64,000 nucleotides of DNA, filler included, from Stramenopiles sp. TOSAG23-2 (GCA_900128395.1; 56 parts of 56 records of this genome joined end to end with filler, not necessarily neighbours in it); one strand, 5' to 3'. Shown: positions 40,210 through 51,772, counted from the first letter of the whole stretch. Numbers and translations are program-made. The notes: a model not told the origin generated them from the sequence alone.

Positions 40210-41197
40210 TTGATCCAACGTGGAGTTGCCGATGTAATCTGCGAATTATATTTGCGCAAAACTATAAATTTCATTGGCATAGATGCAATAACATCAAATA
40301 CCATACGTCCTTTAAAATATTGATAAAATACGCTACTTGCATCTTCACAATATTCACGTGTAATCGGATCAATAAATGTTTTTCTACATCGAAACAAAAG
40401 GTCAAGCAAAAATGCTACCTGTGCTACGACATCCACAACATCTAAAATTTCCAATCTCCAATCCTCTTCAACTAAACGAAAGATACTGATTTGCATTGGC
40501 ACTGCTATCGTTTCATATGCTATTAGCAATAACATAAAAGATTCCCAAAAAATCCATACTGATGTATCTGGTGCTATTAAACCTTTTGTTTTGAATATTC
40601 GATATGCATTTAAATGTCGACGTTGCTTAATTGATAAGCTGAAATGATTTACATGTTTGTTATTATCTGTGCTGCTATTACGTTTGCGACCATTTGTATT
40701 TTTTTCCGTTTCATCGTCAGTATCATCAACGCTTTGCAAATACGATGAATCTTTACAATCACGGCAACAACGTGCACCATGTAAACGATATGAAGTGCAT
40801 TCATCACATGCTAGTATACCACAATAACGACAATGGTGTCTACCAGAACGACATTTTAAATTACAACGGGATGTGAAGCCTTTGCCACATAATAGACAAT
40901 GTTTACTTTTACTATCATCTACCCATTCATCTATATTGACTATATCGCTAGATGTTATTGCTCTAGTTGATCCGCGTCTTCGTTGATTTGAAGTTGCAGC
41001 TAAGGACAATCGTCTTTGTTGTTGACGTCGTCTGGGACTATTATTATTATAATTAGCGCTTGGTTGAGGTGGCAATTCTAACGCTTTTGTGACTGACAAA
41101 CTTGGACGTTTTTGCATGCTGATTTTCTTTTTTTTGGGAGATGCTCCATTTTTGAAATTCCCTTTTCTTAATAATGGATTATCATTATTAGATATTA
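40210..41197 (-). CDS. FYVE zinc finger plus CNG/HCN/KCNH-type channel S1-S3 region (partial)
   Basis: WVDD, CLLC, RHHCRYCG, CDEC, CRDC; then IAPDTSVWIFWESFMLLLIAY...VPMQI, FLLDLLFRCRKTFID, YFKGRMVFDVIASMP. Confidence 0.8.
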
Positions 41198-41297
41198 NNN
41201 NNNNNNNNNNNNNNNNNNNNNNNNNNNNNNNNNNNNNNNNNTTAATTAATTAANNNNNNNNNNNNNNNNNNNNNNNNNNNNNNNNNNNNNNNNNNNN

Positions 41298-42173
41298 CAC
41301 CCTCATCATTGTTACGACGATTGAATATTTTATTTCAAATTGCAATGACAACGATTATTACATTTATAATACATTGGTTACCGTTATGTAGTAATATATT
41401 CTTCCAACAAAATAAGCACGAGGACAATACGTGTAGTGATACATCTTCCTCCTCCTCCTCCTCCTCCCAATGTACAACAACGACAGGGGAAATGATGGTT
41501 GTAACAAATCATGATAAAATGATACAATGTAAAGATACATTAATACAAGTGTTAATACGTTTATTTCCATTTAATCGTGGTCTGTTTGAAGATAAAGTTG
41601 CAAATATATGGTGTAGTATTGATCCAATTTTGAAATTAAAACGACGTGAACGATTAATACCATATTTACCAATGATTGCTGGAATATGTACATTGATTTT
41701 ATCATTACCATCTGCATATGCATTATTACGACGTGCACCAACAACACGTACATTTTTACATGCTTTATCAAGTACAGGATTAGCATTTTTTTTATGTTCC
41801 TTTCAAGTGCATGAAAAAAGTATTTTAGTGCCATTATTACCAATTGCATTATTAGCACCAGATGGATTCCAAAGTTGGTCTATTTGTAACTGTTAGCGTT
41901 TTTAGTTTATATCCATTATTAGAAAAAGATTTATTAGGTGTACAATATTTAGTTGTATTTACTGCATGGATTGTATTAAATCATGTTGTACAAGGTGGTT
42001 ATATAAGTCGTTTAATATTAATTGGTATGGTATTGATACATTTATGTCCATACGTATTTGGTATTATTGATAAATTACCACATTTATGGATATTATTAAA
42101 TTGTATTTATTCATGTGGTTTGTTTATATTGTTTTGGATATGGGTCACGAGACGGATGTTGTATGAGTGTTAA
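41298..42173 (+). CDS. ALG6: Dolichyl-P-Glc alpha-1,3-glucosyltransferase, C-terminal half, +1 frameshift near 41875
   Basis: RLFPFNRGLFEDKVANIWCS, FFLCSFQVHEKSILVPLLP, then VFSLYPLLEKD and KLPHLW in the next frame. Confidence 0.88.
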
Positions 42174-42738
42174 AGGTGGGGTGGTGGTGGGGATCGTGTT
42201 TTATATAAAAAATAAATACGAAATACGACACGGTTCGTAACACAATACACACTTTCGTATTTTTAAAATTACACACACGCATAAAAAAATCTATAATATT
42301 TTTTGATATCATTATACATTTATGTATTTGATACGCGTAAANNNNNNNNNNNNNNNNNNNNNNNNNNNNNNNNNNNNNNNNNNNNTTAATTAATTAANNN
42401 NNNNNNNNNNNNNNNNNNNNNNNNNNNNNNNNNNNNNNNNNTTGCACTTTGTAAATTTAAAAATTATTAAAAATATTTTTGTACGAAAGTATATATATAT
42501 TACGAACGTATATCTTACTCATACTCGTACTTCGACGACAATATATTTTATTTATTATTATACACGCGTATACATTTTGAGAGGATTAACAATGCATTCT
42601 TCCTACAAGATTGAGTATTGAGCGTGTAGTATTTTCCACGGGAAGTAAAAATTATTACACGAATATCGTCGTATTTTTTTATTAGATTTTGTAAAATATA
42701 AAATTAATATATCTCTTCTTGTTGGTACTATTTAATTT

Positions 42739-43485
42739 TTAAAGCAACTCATCATCATTACTATTACCATTTAAACTCAAAGCACGATCTGCCTTATCAT
42801 ATAAACTCTTCAAATATGAAAAACGTTCATTATTACCACCACTTTTATCTGGGTGATTTAACATACTCAGTGTTTTGAAAAATGCACGTTGTTCATTACT
42901 ATTTTTTGGCCAATTTTCCAAATTTTCCAAATCAATCAATTCATTCCAACGTTGAAAAATATTGTCATCAAATTGTAACTCTACCACAGCTGGTAATGTC
43001 ATTAACGAACTCAAAGTGCGTCCTAAGCTGCCGCTTATCATGACAGTAGGTATATGAGTAGAATCATCTTTATCAACAGTCGTCCCGGCTTTCATACCTT
43101 TACCATGTGCTAGTCCTGGCATATCGTTTACAATCAGGATACCACCAGCATTGGCTCGACTTGAATGCAATATTTTATCATAAAACGAACAACCTCCACG
43201 TTCAACGTAAACCCAAGATCCAGGTATAACATTGTCAATTTTTTTACATGCATTTGTTGGATTTGCTAAATTCAACGTAACGCCTCTTGATGGCAAATTT
43301 TTGGACCCAGTTAAAAAATGCAGAAATTCACCTTTTAAAACTTTACCAGTCTTACTTCTAAAAATGATTCGACCACCTTTACCATCATATTTTTTACTAT
43401 TGATTTGAAAAATATTATTATTATTATTATTATTATTATTTACATTGTTTTGACCATCTTTATTGTTGTTTTTCTTAATGACTAC
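42739..43485 (-). CDS. PA (protease-associated) domain plus C-terminal J-domain-like module (partial)
   Basis: ANPTNAC, VERGGCSFYDK, GILIVND, IPTVMIS; then FFKTLSMLNHPDKSGGNNERFSYLKSLY. Confidence 0.75.
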   Translation of the reverse strand, partial: VVIKKNNNKDGQNNVNNNNNNNNNIFQINSKKYDGKGGRIIFRSKTGKVLKGEFLHFLTGSKNLPSRGVTLNLANPTNACKKIDNVIPGSWVYVERGGCSFYDKILHSSRANAGGILIVNDMPGLAHGKGMKAGTTVDKDDSTHIPTVMISGSLGRTLSSLMTLPAVVELQFDDNIFQRWNELIDLENLENWPKNSNEQRAFFKTLSMLNHPDKSGGNNERFSYLKSLYDKADRALSLNGNSNDDELL

Positions 43486-43585
43486 NNNNNNNNNNNNNNN
43501 NNNNNNNNNNNNNNNNNNNNNNNNNNNNNTTAATTAATTAANNNNNNNNNNNNNNNNNNNNNNNNNNNNNNNNNNNNNNNNNNNN

Positions 43586-44167
43586 TTTCATAATGCAATT
43601 GTACTAGTAGAACGTGGTGATTGCTCATTTGTCGAAAAAGCACGACATGTTCAAGATTCAGGCGGAGCAGCTATGATTGTGATGGATAAAGGAGATACGA
43701 CGTATAAAGATGAAGACACAGGCGAGGAAGTTAGTGTTGAAAGCATACAAGAACATGAACATTTCCAAATGGCTGATGATGGTCATGGTGGTGATATTTA
43801 TATTCCATCATTATTAATTAGTGAAAGGGATGGTAATAAATTGTTGGATAAATTAGCAGAAGGCATTGAAAATGATAATAACGATATGGATGTTGAGGGT
43901 GGTCCTCGTTTTTATGTCCTTGATATGTGGAGTGATGATGCACGTTTAAACCCTGGTGCTTCGACTGGAGGTGGTGGTGATAGTAGTAAAAGAAATATAC
44001 ATACAACAAAACCACAAGTGTTCCCATTAACAGCATTATTAAAAATGGGTTTGCTACCACAAAATTTAGTTGATACGATTAAAAGTGCTTTCCAACCTGC
44101 AAATACTGGTACGACAACAACAATATCTTCAGCAGCACCTGGAGAAGATTCGAAAACTTCTCCGTGA
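43586..44167 (+). CDS. PA domain of vacuolar-sorting-receptor type, joined to an unrelated C-terminus after ~43865
   Basis: IVLVERGDCSFVEKARHVQDSGG, MADDGHGGDIYIPSLLISERDG; the thioredoxin-like VSR domain expected next is absent. Confidence 0.7.
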   Translation, partial: FHNAIVLVERGDCSFVEKARHVQDSGGAAMIVMDKGDTTYKDEDTGEEVSVESIQEHEHFQMADDGHGGDIYIPSLLISERDGNKLLDKLAEGIENDNNDMDVEGGPRFYVLDMWSDDARLNPGASTGGGGDSSKRNIHTTKPQVFPLTALLKMGLLPQNLVDTIKSAFQPANTGTTTTISSAAPGEDSKTSP

Positions 44168-45515
44168 TATATTTGGTTTATAAAAAGAGTGAAGAGAGTT
44201 TTTTTATATTTTTATTTACGTATTACATTATATTATCGAGAGAGAGACAACCCAGTTTTTATGGTGCGTGACTGCGTTGAGGGTAAATTATAACGCGTAA
44301 ATTTTTTTTATGTGAATATGAATGACACAATATAAAATCTAGATATACACGTAAAATGATATTTCCTACGTATTTTCTACGAATGGATTCGTACAAAGAA
44401 ATGCATATATGATGTACAAAGTGTATAATATTACACGAGTACTGTACTTCCTTTCGTACACATATGATTTTTTGAGAGAAATAAATTATTCGTATTAATT
44501 TTACTTCGTGTAGAGTTTTTTTTTCAATATTATGGCACTATGAAATTGTATTTTCTAATTTTATAAAATTTAAAAAAATAAAAACATCTCTCAACATCAT
44601 CTCTTTTCATCTGTTCAAGTTTCAAGAANNNNNNNNNNNNNNNNNNNNNNNNNNNNNNNNNNNNNNNNNNNNTTAATTAATTAANNNNNNNNNNNNNNNN
44701 NNNNNNNNNNNNNNNNNNNNNNNNNNNNTTAACTTTTTTTTATAGTTCCACATCACCCGTAGCATGATATACATATAAATATATCCCAAGCCCAAGCAAA
44801 TCATGTCTTTGTGAACCACCATATATTAAACGAAAACCAAAAATAAATACAAAAACTAAAGATAGAAACTTATGTAATGCCCAGTTTGTCCACCATGCAT
44901 CGTACTCTGTATGTTGCACATGAATATTATACAAGAGGAAGAAAGAAGGAGAACATAAAAGTAAGACATTATTAAATACTTCAGAATCTGGGCATTTAAC
45001 ATATAAAAAACACCAATTAAAACTCCAAAGAAAATCAAAAATTGACCTCGTCTTTTAGGGAGCGTCTGGTCTTGTTCATTGTCGCGGTTGTTCATAATGT
45101 TATTATTAATGAGAGGATTTACAATCTCTATTAGTTATATATGAAAGAAAGTGTTCCAATTTGTAGAGTTTTGATTGTGGGATCACTCATTTCTATTTGT
45201 GTATTTATTGCTTCTACGAACAGACGAATACCTCCTCAAAAACCAGCACTCCAGCACTCCTCCTACCTTAATTACTCCTACCTCATCACTCATCAACAAA
45301 AAAAACAACTGAACAACAAAAAAAAGAAAAAAGAAGAAAAGTATCTGGTAGTGGGCAAGTACAGTACGTACAATATGGACACAGCATTATTAAAAAAATG
45401 TAAGATCTAGCCAGGCTATAGCCCGCACCTTCTCTGGACACCAGAGGCATTTCCTGGTCCAAATCTACGTTTTCCCAGGAAACCCCGCACCTCCTCACCA
45501 GTTCTAATATAGTTA

Positions 45516-45629
45516 ATGAATATTAAAATTGTCCAAGGAGATGCTTTAGAAGAATTGAAGAAAGTAAAAAACAACAGTGTAGATTGTATACTGAAAATCA
45601 TCTTTATTCAAACTACCTGGGTCTACTAA
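45516..45629 (+). pseudogene. N-terminal fragment of a beta-class N4/N6 DNA methyltransferase
   Basis: MNIKIVQGDALEELKKVKNNSVDCI matches I..GD.LE.LK....SVD.I, but the expected (T/S)DPPY motif is missing. Confidence 0.55.
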
Positions 45630-46106
45630 AGTTTGGTTACAAGTTACTTCAATATTATTACTTGAAAGAAAAAAGAAAGTATTTCGTAAAATAAACTTTT
45701 TTTTTTCAAATTTTTGTATGCACATATCAATACCAACCTACATATTCCTTTCAATAATCAACATAATACTTNNNNNNNNNNNNNNNNNNNNNNNNNNNNN
45801 NNNNNNNNNNNNNNNTTAATTAATTAANNNNNNNNNNNNNNNNNNNNNNNNNNNNNNNNNNNNNNNNNNNNTCAAGAAAGGAGGAGAAATATAAAATATG
45901 TGCAGCAGCGCGTGTAAATAAAAGTGGGGTGCGGTGTGTGAGATATTATAATATTTATTTATTTTTATTACGATTTCTTCTCGCAAAAAATATATAATTT
46001 TGTTACACATCAATCAGATCATGGCATTTTATTTTTTCTTTATTTTTTTACGAATATTTTAAAATTTAAATAATAAAATAATTCGTATTTTTTTATTTTA
46101 ATATAT

Positions 46107-46355
46107 TTAAATAAAATTTTTTACACGGGATGAATGATTACCAATTGGCAATTCTCTTCTTCTTGGTGATGTGATTTGTGCACCAGCTGCTTTAAATGCA
46201 GTTTGGCGCCTTGATGTTGATTTAGCAAAACCACTTTTATCATCCAATGAATAATCAATTGGTCCAATACCTGGTTTGGTTGTATATATGTCATATGAAT
46301 TTTTTGATCTACCAACACGTGGTGAAGATAACGATGCATAAAATTGATTTGACAT
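46107..46355 (-). CDS. Hypothetical basic protein (possibly truncated)
   Basis: ATG after AT-rich leader; PGIGPIDY is weakly PGPGxY-like. Confidence 0.45.
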   Translation of the reverse strand: MSNQFYASLSSPRVGRSKNSYDIYTTKPGIGPIDYSLDDKSGFAKSTSRRQTAFKAAGAQITSPRRRELPIGNHSSRVKNFI

Positions 46356-47014
46356 GTAGATTTTCTTTTTTTTTTTTTTGCTTCTTTGTTGTCGATAATA
46401 TGATAATTGTTAGTTTGATTGATTAATAAGTATAACGTTATATGTTTTATTTTGTTTTCTTTTCTATATCGTATATCTTGTTTTCTTCTATTTGTTTGTT
46501 TCACATCTATATTTGTATTAAATGTTTTTGTATCGTAAATGTGTGTAATAATAATATGTAGCATTATTATGGTGATGTGAACGGATCAACGAGAGGAGGA
46601 TAAATATAGAATTTGTTGGTTTTTTGAGATTGTAAGGATTATTTTTATCTTGTCGGTTTTACTTAATGCTATTCCTATGTTACTGCTTATTGGACTTATT
46701 CCTATGTATTACTGTATACTTGAAATGCTTTTGTCCCATTGACTTTGTGAAAATCATCACGCAATACTGGACCAAATTTAGCTCGGTAGCAGTTAAATTT
46801 CTTCTTCGGCGGTAGACATTTTTGATACATTTTTGTAATAATATTTTTGAATCACATATTATTTAATATACCAGGTAATACATTTATAGTATTATAATAT
46901 TTTAGATGATTTTGNNNNNNNNNNNNNNNNNNNNNNNNNNNNNNNNNNNNNNNNNNNNTTAATTAATTAANNNNNNNNNNNNNNNNNNNNNNNNNNNNNN
47001 NNNNNNNNNNNNNN

Positions 47015-47175
47015 TCATCCTGGCAGCTTTTCTCCAATGTCTTTAAATGTTTTAACTGCAGTTACTGATGTTGATGAACGTAATGGTGGCACACTTGTTA
47101 TTCCTGGATCTCATACAATATTATCCGAAGCAGTGCGTGCTGGAAGGGAAGTAGGAAAATTAACCTCCTATCAAT
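47015..47175 (+). CDS. PhyH-family 2-oxoglutarate/Fe dioxygenase fragment
   Basis: LNVLTAVTDVDERNGGTLVIPGSH signature; the distal His motif is absent. Confidence 0.8.
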
Positions 47176-47452
47176 TGATGAAAGAAAAAGAGGCTTACAA
47201 AAAGGAGAAGGAATCTACTACTACTGAAAAAGTGAACTTAAGTGTACTTGGTACACCAATACAAAATGATGATGCAAGGAGTAAATTGTGAAGGGGAGTG
47301 GTTGTGTGCGGTATTCGTATAATTTTTTTTTGTACCAACGCTTCATACAAGTTTTAAAAAACAATTTTTAACAAAATTTGCGGTTTGCCCAGACAAAAGT
47401 ATTTGTTTTAATTACGATCTCCAACCACAAATACGAGTAAAATTTTATGATA

Positions 47453-48055
47453 CTACTTTTTTGCATGCATTTTTTCAAGAGCTGCTTTATATTCTGTTGA
47501 ACCAGCGCCATATTCTTTTCTAAGTTCTTGTAATCTATTCAAAGCTTCTTTGCTTCGTGCTGGAGCGATTTGATTTTGTTTAATAATAGGTACTGAGAAA
47601 TCATTTTTCTCGTTATTGTCTTTTCCTTTTTTATTCTTTTTACATGTACAACAGCAAAATATAATGCGTAAAATTTTTCCACTAATACTTCTCCCTGCTT
47701 CCAATCTATCGTATGGAAAAGTTTGTATCATGATGTAAAAACTTATTATCATTACAGTTATGTTCATTAATAGCAATAAATATCCCATAACATCTTGTTC
47801 ATAAGCCCCTTCATCTGGATTTACTTTAAGTACTAATCCAATTAATAAATTTAAATACGTTTGTGTTGTCTATTAGCAAGAGGATAGTTGTATGTAGAAA
47901 AATACACATGTTAGACAAAGAAAAAAATAAAGAATAAAAGTAGTCATACATATTGTTTGATTTACATATATACAGATGGAAATATATATATATACTTACA
48001 GCAAATGCTTGGAGACGATTATCCGTTTTATCTTCATAAGGATGCCAATCCAATA
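47453..48055 (-). CDS. C-terminal TM region of a large multipass cell-surface protein, one intron (47870-47999)
   Basis: GTAAGT donor at 47999, TAG acceptor at 47870; splices in frame WHPYEDKTDNRLQAFA|TTQTYLNLLIGLVLK...MGYLLLLMNITV. Confidence 0.75.
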
Positions 48056-48155
48056 NNNNNNNNNNNNNNNNNNNNNNNNNNNNNNNNNNNNNNNNNNNNT
48101 TAATTAATTAANNNNNNNNNNNNNNNNNNNNNNNNNNNNNNNNNNNNNNNNNNNN

Positions 48156-48510
48156 GATTGTCTAGTATCACTGCCGATACTGGTAAATTGTCTGACGTTT
48201 TAGATTTTTTTTTTGCACCATCCAAATTGCTGCTATTTGTTGTAGTATCATTCGGGCGTTTCCGCTTCAATGATGATGATGCAGAGGCAAATGGTGCACG
48301 AGCTTTGCAGACCGAGCATTTTTTTCGACCTGGTTCGTTTACATATGTGCATTGAGCACATGCCCAACTTCCATCTGGTCGTACCAAATTTAATATAGCA
48401 AGATTGGATTTTTTATTAAACAACGTTGAATATGTTTTTCCACGTAATTTAGAATGTCTAGGACTTTTGCCACTACAAATATTACAATGCCATTTACGTG
48501 TTTTATTTTC
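48156..48510 (-). CDS. RanBP2-type zinc-finger protein (partial)
   Basis: WACAQCTYVNEPGRKKCSVC fits W-x-C-x2-C-x3-N-x6-C-x2-C. Confidence 0.8.
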
Positions 48511-50437
48511 ACATAATATATTTATAATGATGATGTTGTTTTATAAAATAATAATACGTCAAAGGTATAATAATATAATATTAAAATAATATTCTTTGAT
48601 ATGTCGTACTATTTCTCTTTAATTATATATTAAATAATAAAGAAATGTTATTTATATAAGATAAATGTGTTTTCATTAATCTAATACATGTATTATATGT
48701 ATGTCTATCTATATGTTTGTAATGTTATAAATGTGTACATGTATACCATTGTTATTCATTTTAATATTTATTTACAGTATAAGTTTTTGATTGATGCCCA
48801 TGCTATGTCCATGCTATTTGACAAAAAGCTGTATCCGGTGAGCCATCCCTCTGCTACTTACTTTTAATAGTGAGCAGTGTAAATTTTATTGGTGTGTAGA
48901 AGTTTTCTTGGAGTTAGAGTGTAGCTAGTTTTATGGATAGTGTGCTGTGTGTGGACACGACACAAGTTAAAAAAACTTTTCAAAAATGCAGTTTTATTCT
49001 GTCGAAGGTACATCGATTTATCATGGGATAGCATTGAAACAGGGTTTTGTATCGTCTTAGGGGCCGTTTTTTGGGATTTTATGAGTGCCTCATTTTTTTG
49101 CTTGTGGTTTAGCTGGATTTTTTTTGACATTTGTATTTATTTTATTTCAATTAATGTAAGAATATGCAATGGGAAGTGAAAAGGGAGATAGATAATNNNN
49201 NNNNNNNNNNNNNNNNNNNNNNNNNNNNNNNNNNNNNNNNTTAATTAATTAANNNNNNNNNNNNNNNNNNNNNNNNNNNNNNNNNNNNNNNNNNNNAATA
49301 GTATAATATTATATTATATAAATATATATAAATAAATATGTTCTTTATATACTAGTTTGTTTATATTTGTTATCTTTTCTATACATATTTAATATCTTTT
49401 CTTTCCTCATCATAGAAATTATTTCCATTTATTCATTTTATTTCTAATTTTTGGATGAATTTTTTCGATCAATCACTTGTATACTACCAAGATTGGATGC
49501 CTATCAATCTACAAAGATCCAAATTAAATGTTTTTTCTTTTTTTGAGTGAAGTGTGTCAACGTGTCGTCAACTATTCGACTTCCCAGTATTTGTGTGATG
49601 GATAGATTGGCTGTGTATCTAATGTTAGTTCTATGTTAACGAATAATTGACTGGTTGGAAAAAAAACAACAAAGCTATTGCATACTAACATATTAGAATA
49701 CCAAATCCATGTAGTGCTCATATATATTCTATGTTCTATGAGTTGGAGGGTGAAATCTATAGGAAATCCAAATATATCAAAAATCATTTACTGTGAAATC
49801 AATGCTCACCCTATGATGATTATTTCAATGTCTTAAAATACCAACATTTCAATTTTATAATCTCTGGTTTTTATATATCCGAAAAATGTTCGTAATATTT
49901 TTCTGAATATGATTCAAAATAAGACTATTCACTATTGGAAATTGGGAAGGGATGAATTATTATGGCTCGTAGAAATCCGGAAATCCAGGAAATCAAAGAT
50001 CAAAAAGAAACAAAGAAAACAAGCTTAAGCTCGCTGGGAAGAAGCAAAAATTAAAATAATAATAAAAAAAAAAGTCGTCGTCGTCGTATCATACACAGTA
50101 TGCAACATATCATCAACAACAAATATATACTATTTTTACTTTATTAACTTCACAAATGTGCAAATAAATAATACATCTGGAAATCCAAGAAATCAAAGAT
50201 CAAAAAGAAACAAAGAAATGTGCAAATAAATAATATATAGCAACATCAAACAGATAAAACGACACATTATTGAACTTCACATAAAAAAAGAAATACATAG
50301 AAAAACAACAACGTATAATTAAATGAAGACATCGAAANNNNNNNNNNNNNNNNNNNNNNNNNNNNNNNNNNNNNNNNNNNNTTAATTAATTAANNNNNNN
50401 NNNNNNNNNNNNNNNNNNNNNNNNNNNNNNNNNNNNN

Positions 50438-50947
50438 TTGCAAGCCTCTTCTCCATGCATAAAAAAAATATATATGATGAAATGTCACGACAGCATATGA
50501 TGACAAACACAAGCCAATGCTTAGCCATAAACCGTGTTGAAAATCTTTATTTGTTGATCCATAAAAGTCAATTAATGCTCCTAAAAATTGCGTTGCTGCA
50601 ATTACACATGCTGTTTTACAAGGAAGAAAAATACAATACCACCAAGAAAATGCATTATAAGCAGCTAAAGTAAATGATGCCTTTTTTAAATCTTTTTTAT
50701 CCAATTGTTGTTTCCATGATTTTGTAAATTTATCAAATAAAAATGGTGGAGTATCCTCGTCGTAACATTCAGGCAAATCCTCTTGAGTTAATGTTGTTGC
50801 ATTTCCATATGTCAATAATGAAGAAACCCAAGAGAATGTAAACATTGTCCATGGAGATAAAAAACTAAATTTCCATCGTGCCGGTGGTTTTGGTGGTAAT
50901 TTTTTGCCCACCGTTGTTTTCATATTATTTTTATCCACCACTTGCAT
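50438..50947 (-). CDS. ABCC/MRP transporter N-terminus (partial)
   Basis: FTFSWVSSLLTYG...LTQEDL lasso motif, FLGALIDFY, HHIYFF...RRGLQ. Confidence 0.85.
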
Positions 50948-51772
50948 TGTTATTGTTATTATTGTTGTTGTTGGTTGTTACTGATTTTATAAAAGGGTTG
51001 TATCATGTTCTTTGCATCAATTCATTTTGAATTTGTATTATTTATATTTGTTCGATTGATTCCATTTCTACGTATATAGTATATGAGTTGAGGCGTGATG
51101 ATAAGATGTTGAGAGATGTGATGATGGATGAGATTCCAAAATCTATCATTTTTAAGTAATGAGATTTAGTATACTAAGTCACTATCGCCTATATAATATA
51201 TAATGTCCGAATGTCCGAATGTCCGAATGTAAACAATGTCCCCGAATTAGAATGTCCGTCTAACTTTGTTAATAGTAGTATACTTGCAAGTATATAAATA
51301 AATAGCGAAAAAAAAAAAAAAAGGATTTAATAATACCAAAATAGGCTTTTGAAAATATATATCCGGATATATATTTCCCAAGTTAGAGTTGTAGAAAGAC
51401 AGATTGACGATGACAACAAGTTGTCAACAAAAAAGAAAAGACACACAAAATAAATACGATGAATCAGCTACCAAAACNNNNNNNNNNNNNNNNNNNNNNN
51501 NNNNNNNNNNNNNNNNNNNNNTTAATTAATTAANNNNNNNNNNNNNNNNNNNNNNNNNNNNNNNNNNNNNNNNNNNNTTTAGATATGCCATGGACAAATG
51601 TATTACGTCAATTGTTTAAGATACAAAGTTATAGTGTTGGTGTATCAAATGCATTGTTGTCGTTAGATTGTATATAAAATATTGGAAGTTGCTAGAATTG
51701 TATTGAAAAAAAAAAAATGATATTATAAAATATTTTTTTTATAATATCCAATCTTATTGTTTGAAGGAACGC

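Noticed and set aside
42739..44167. Two neighbouring PA-domain genes as a gene cluster
   Set aside because: They lie on different contigs, so adjacency is only a product of length sorting.
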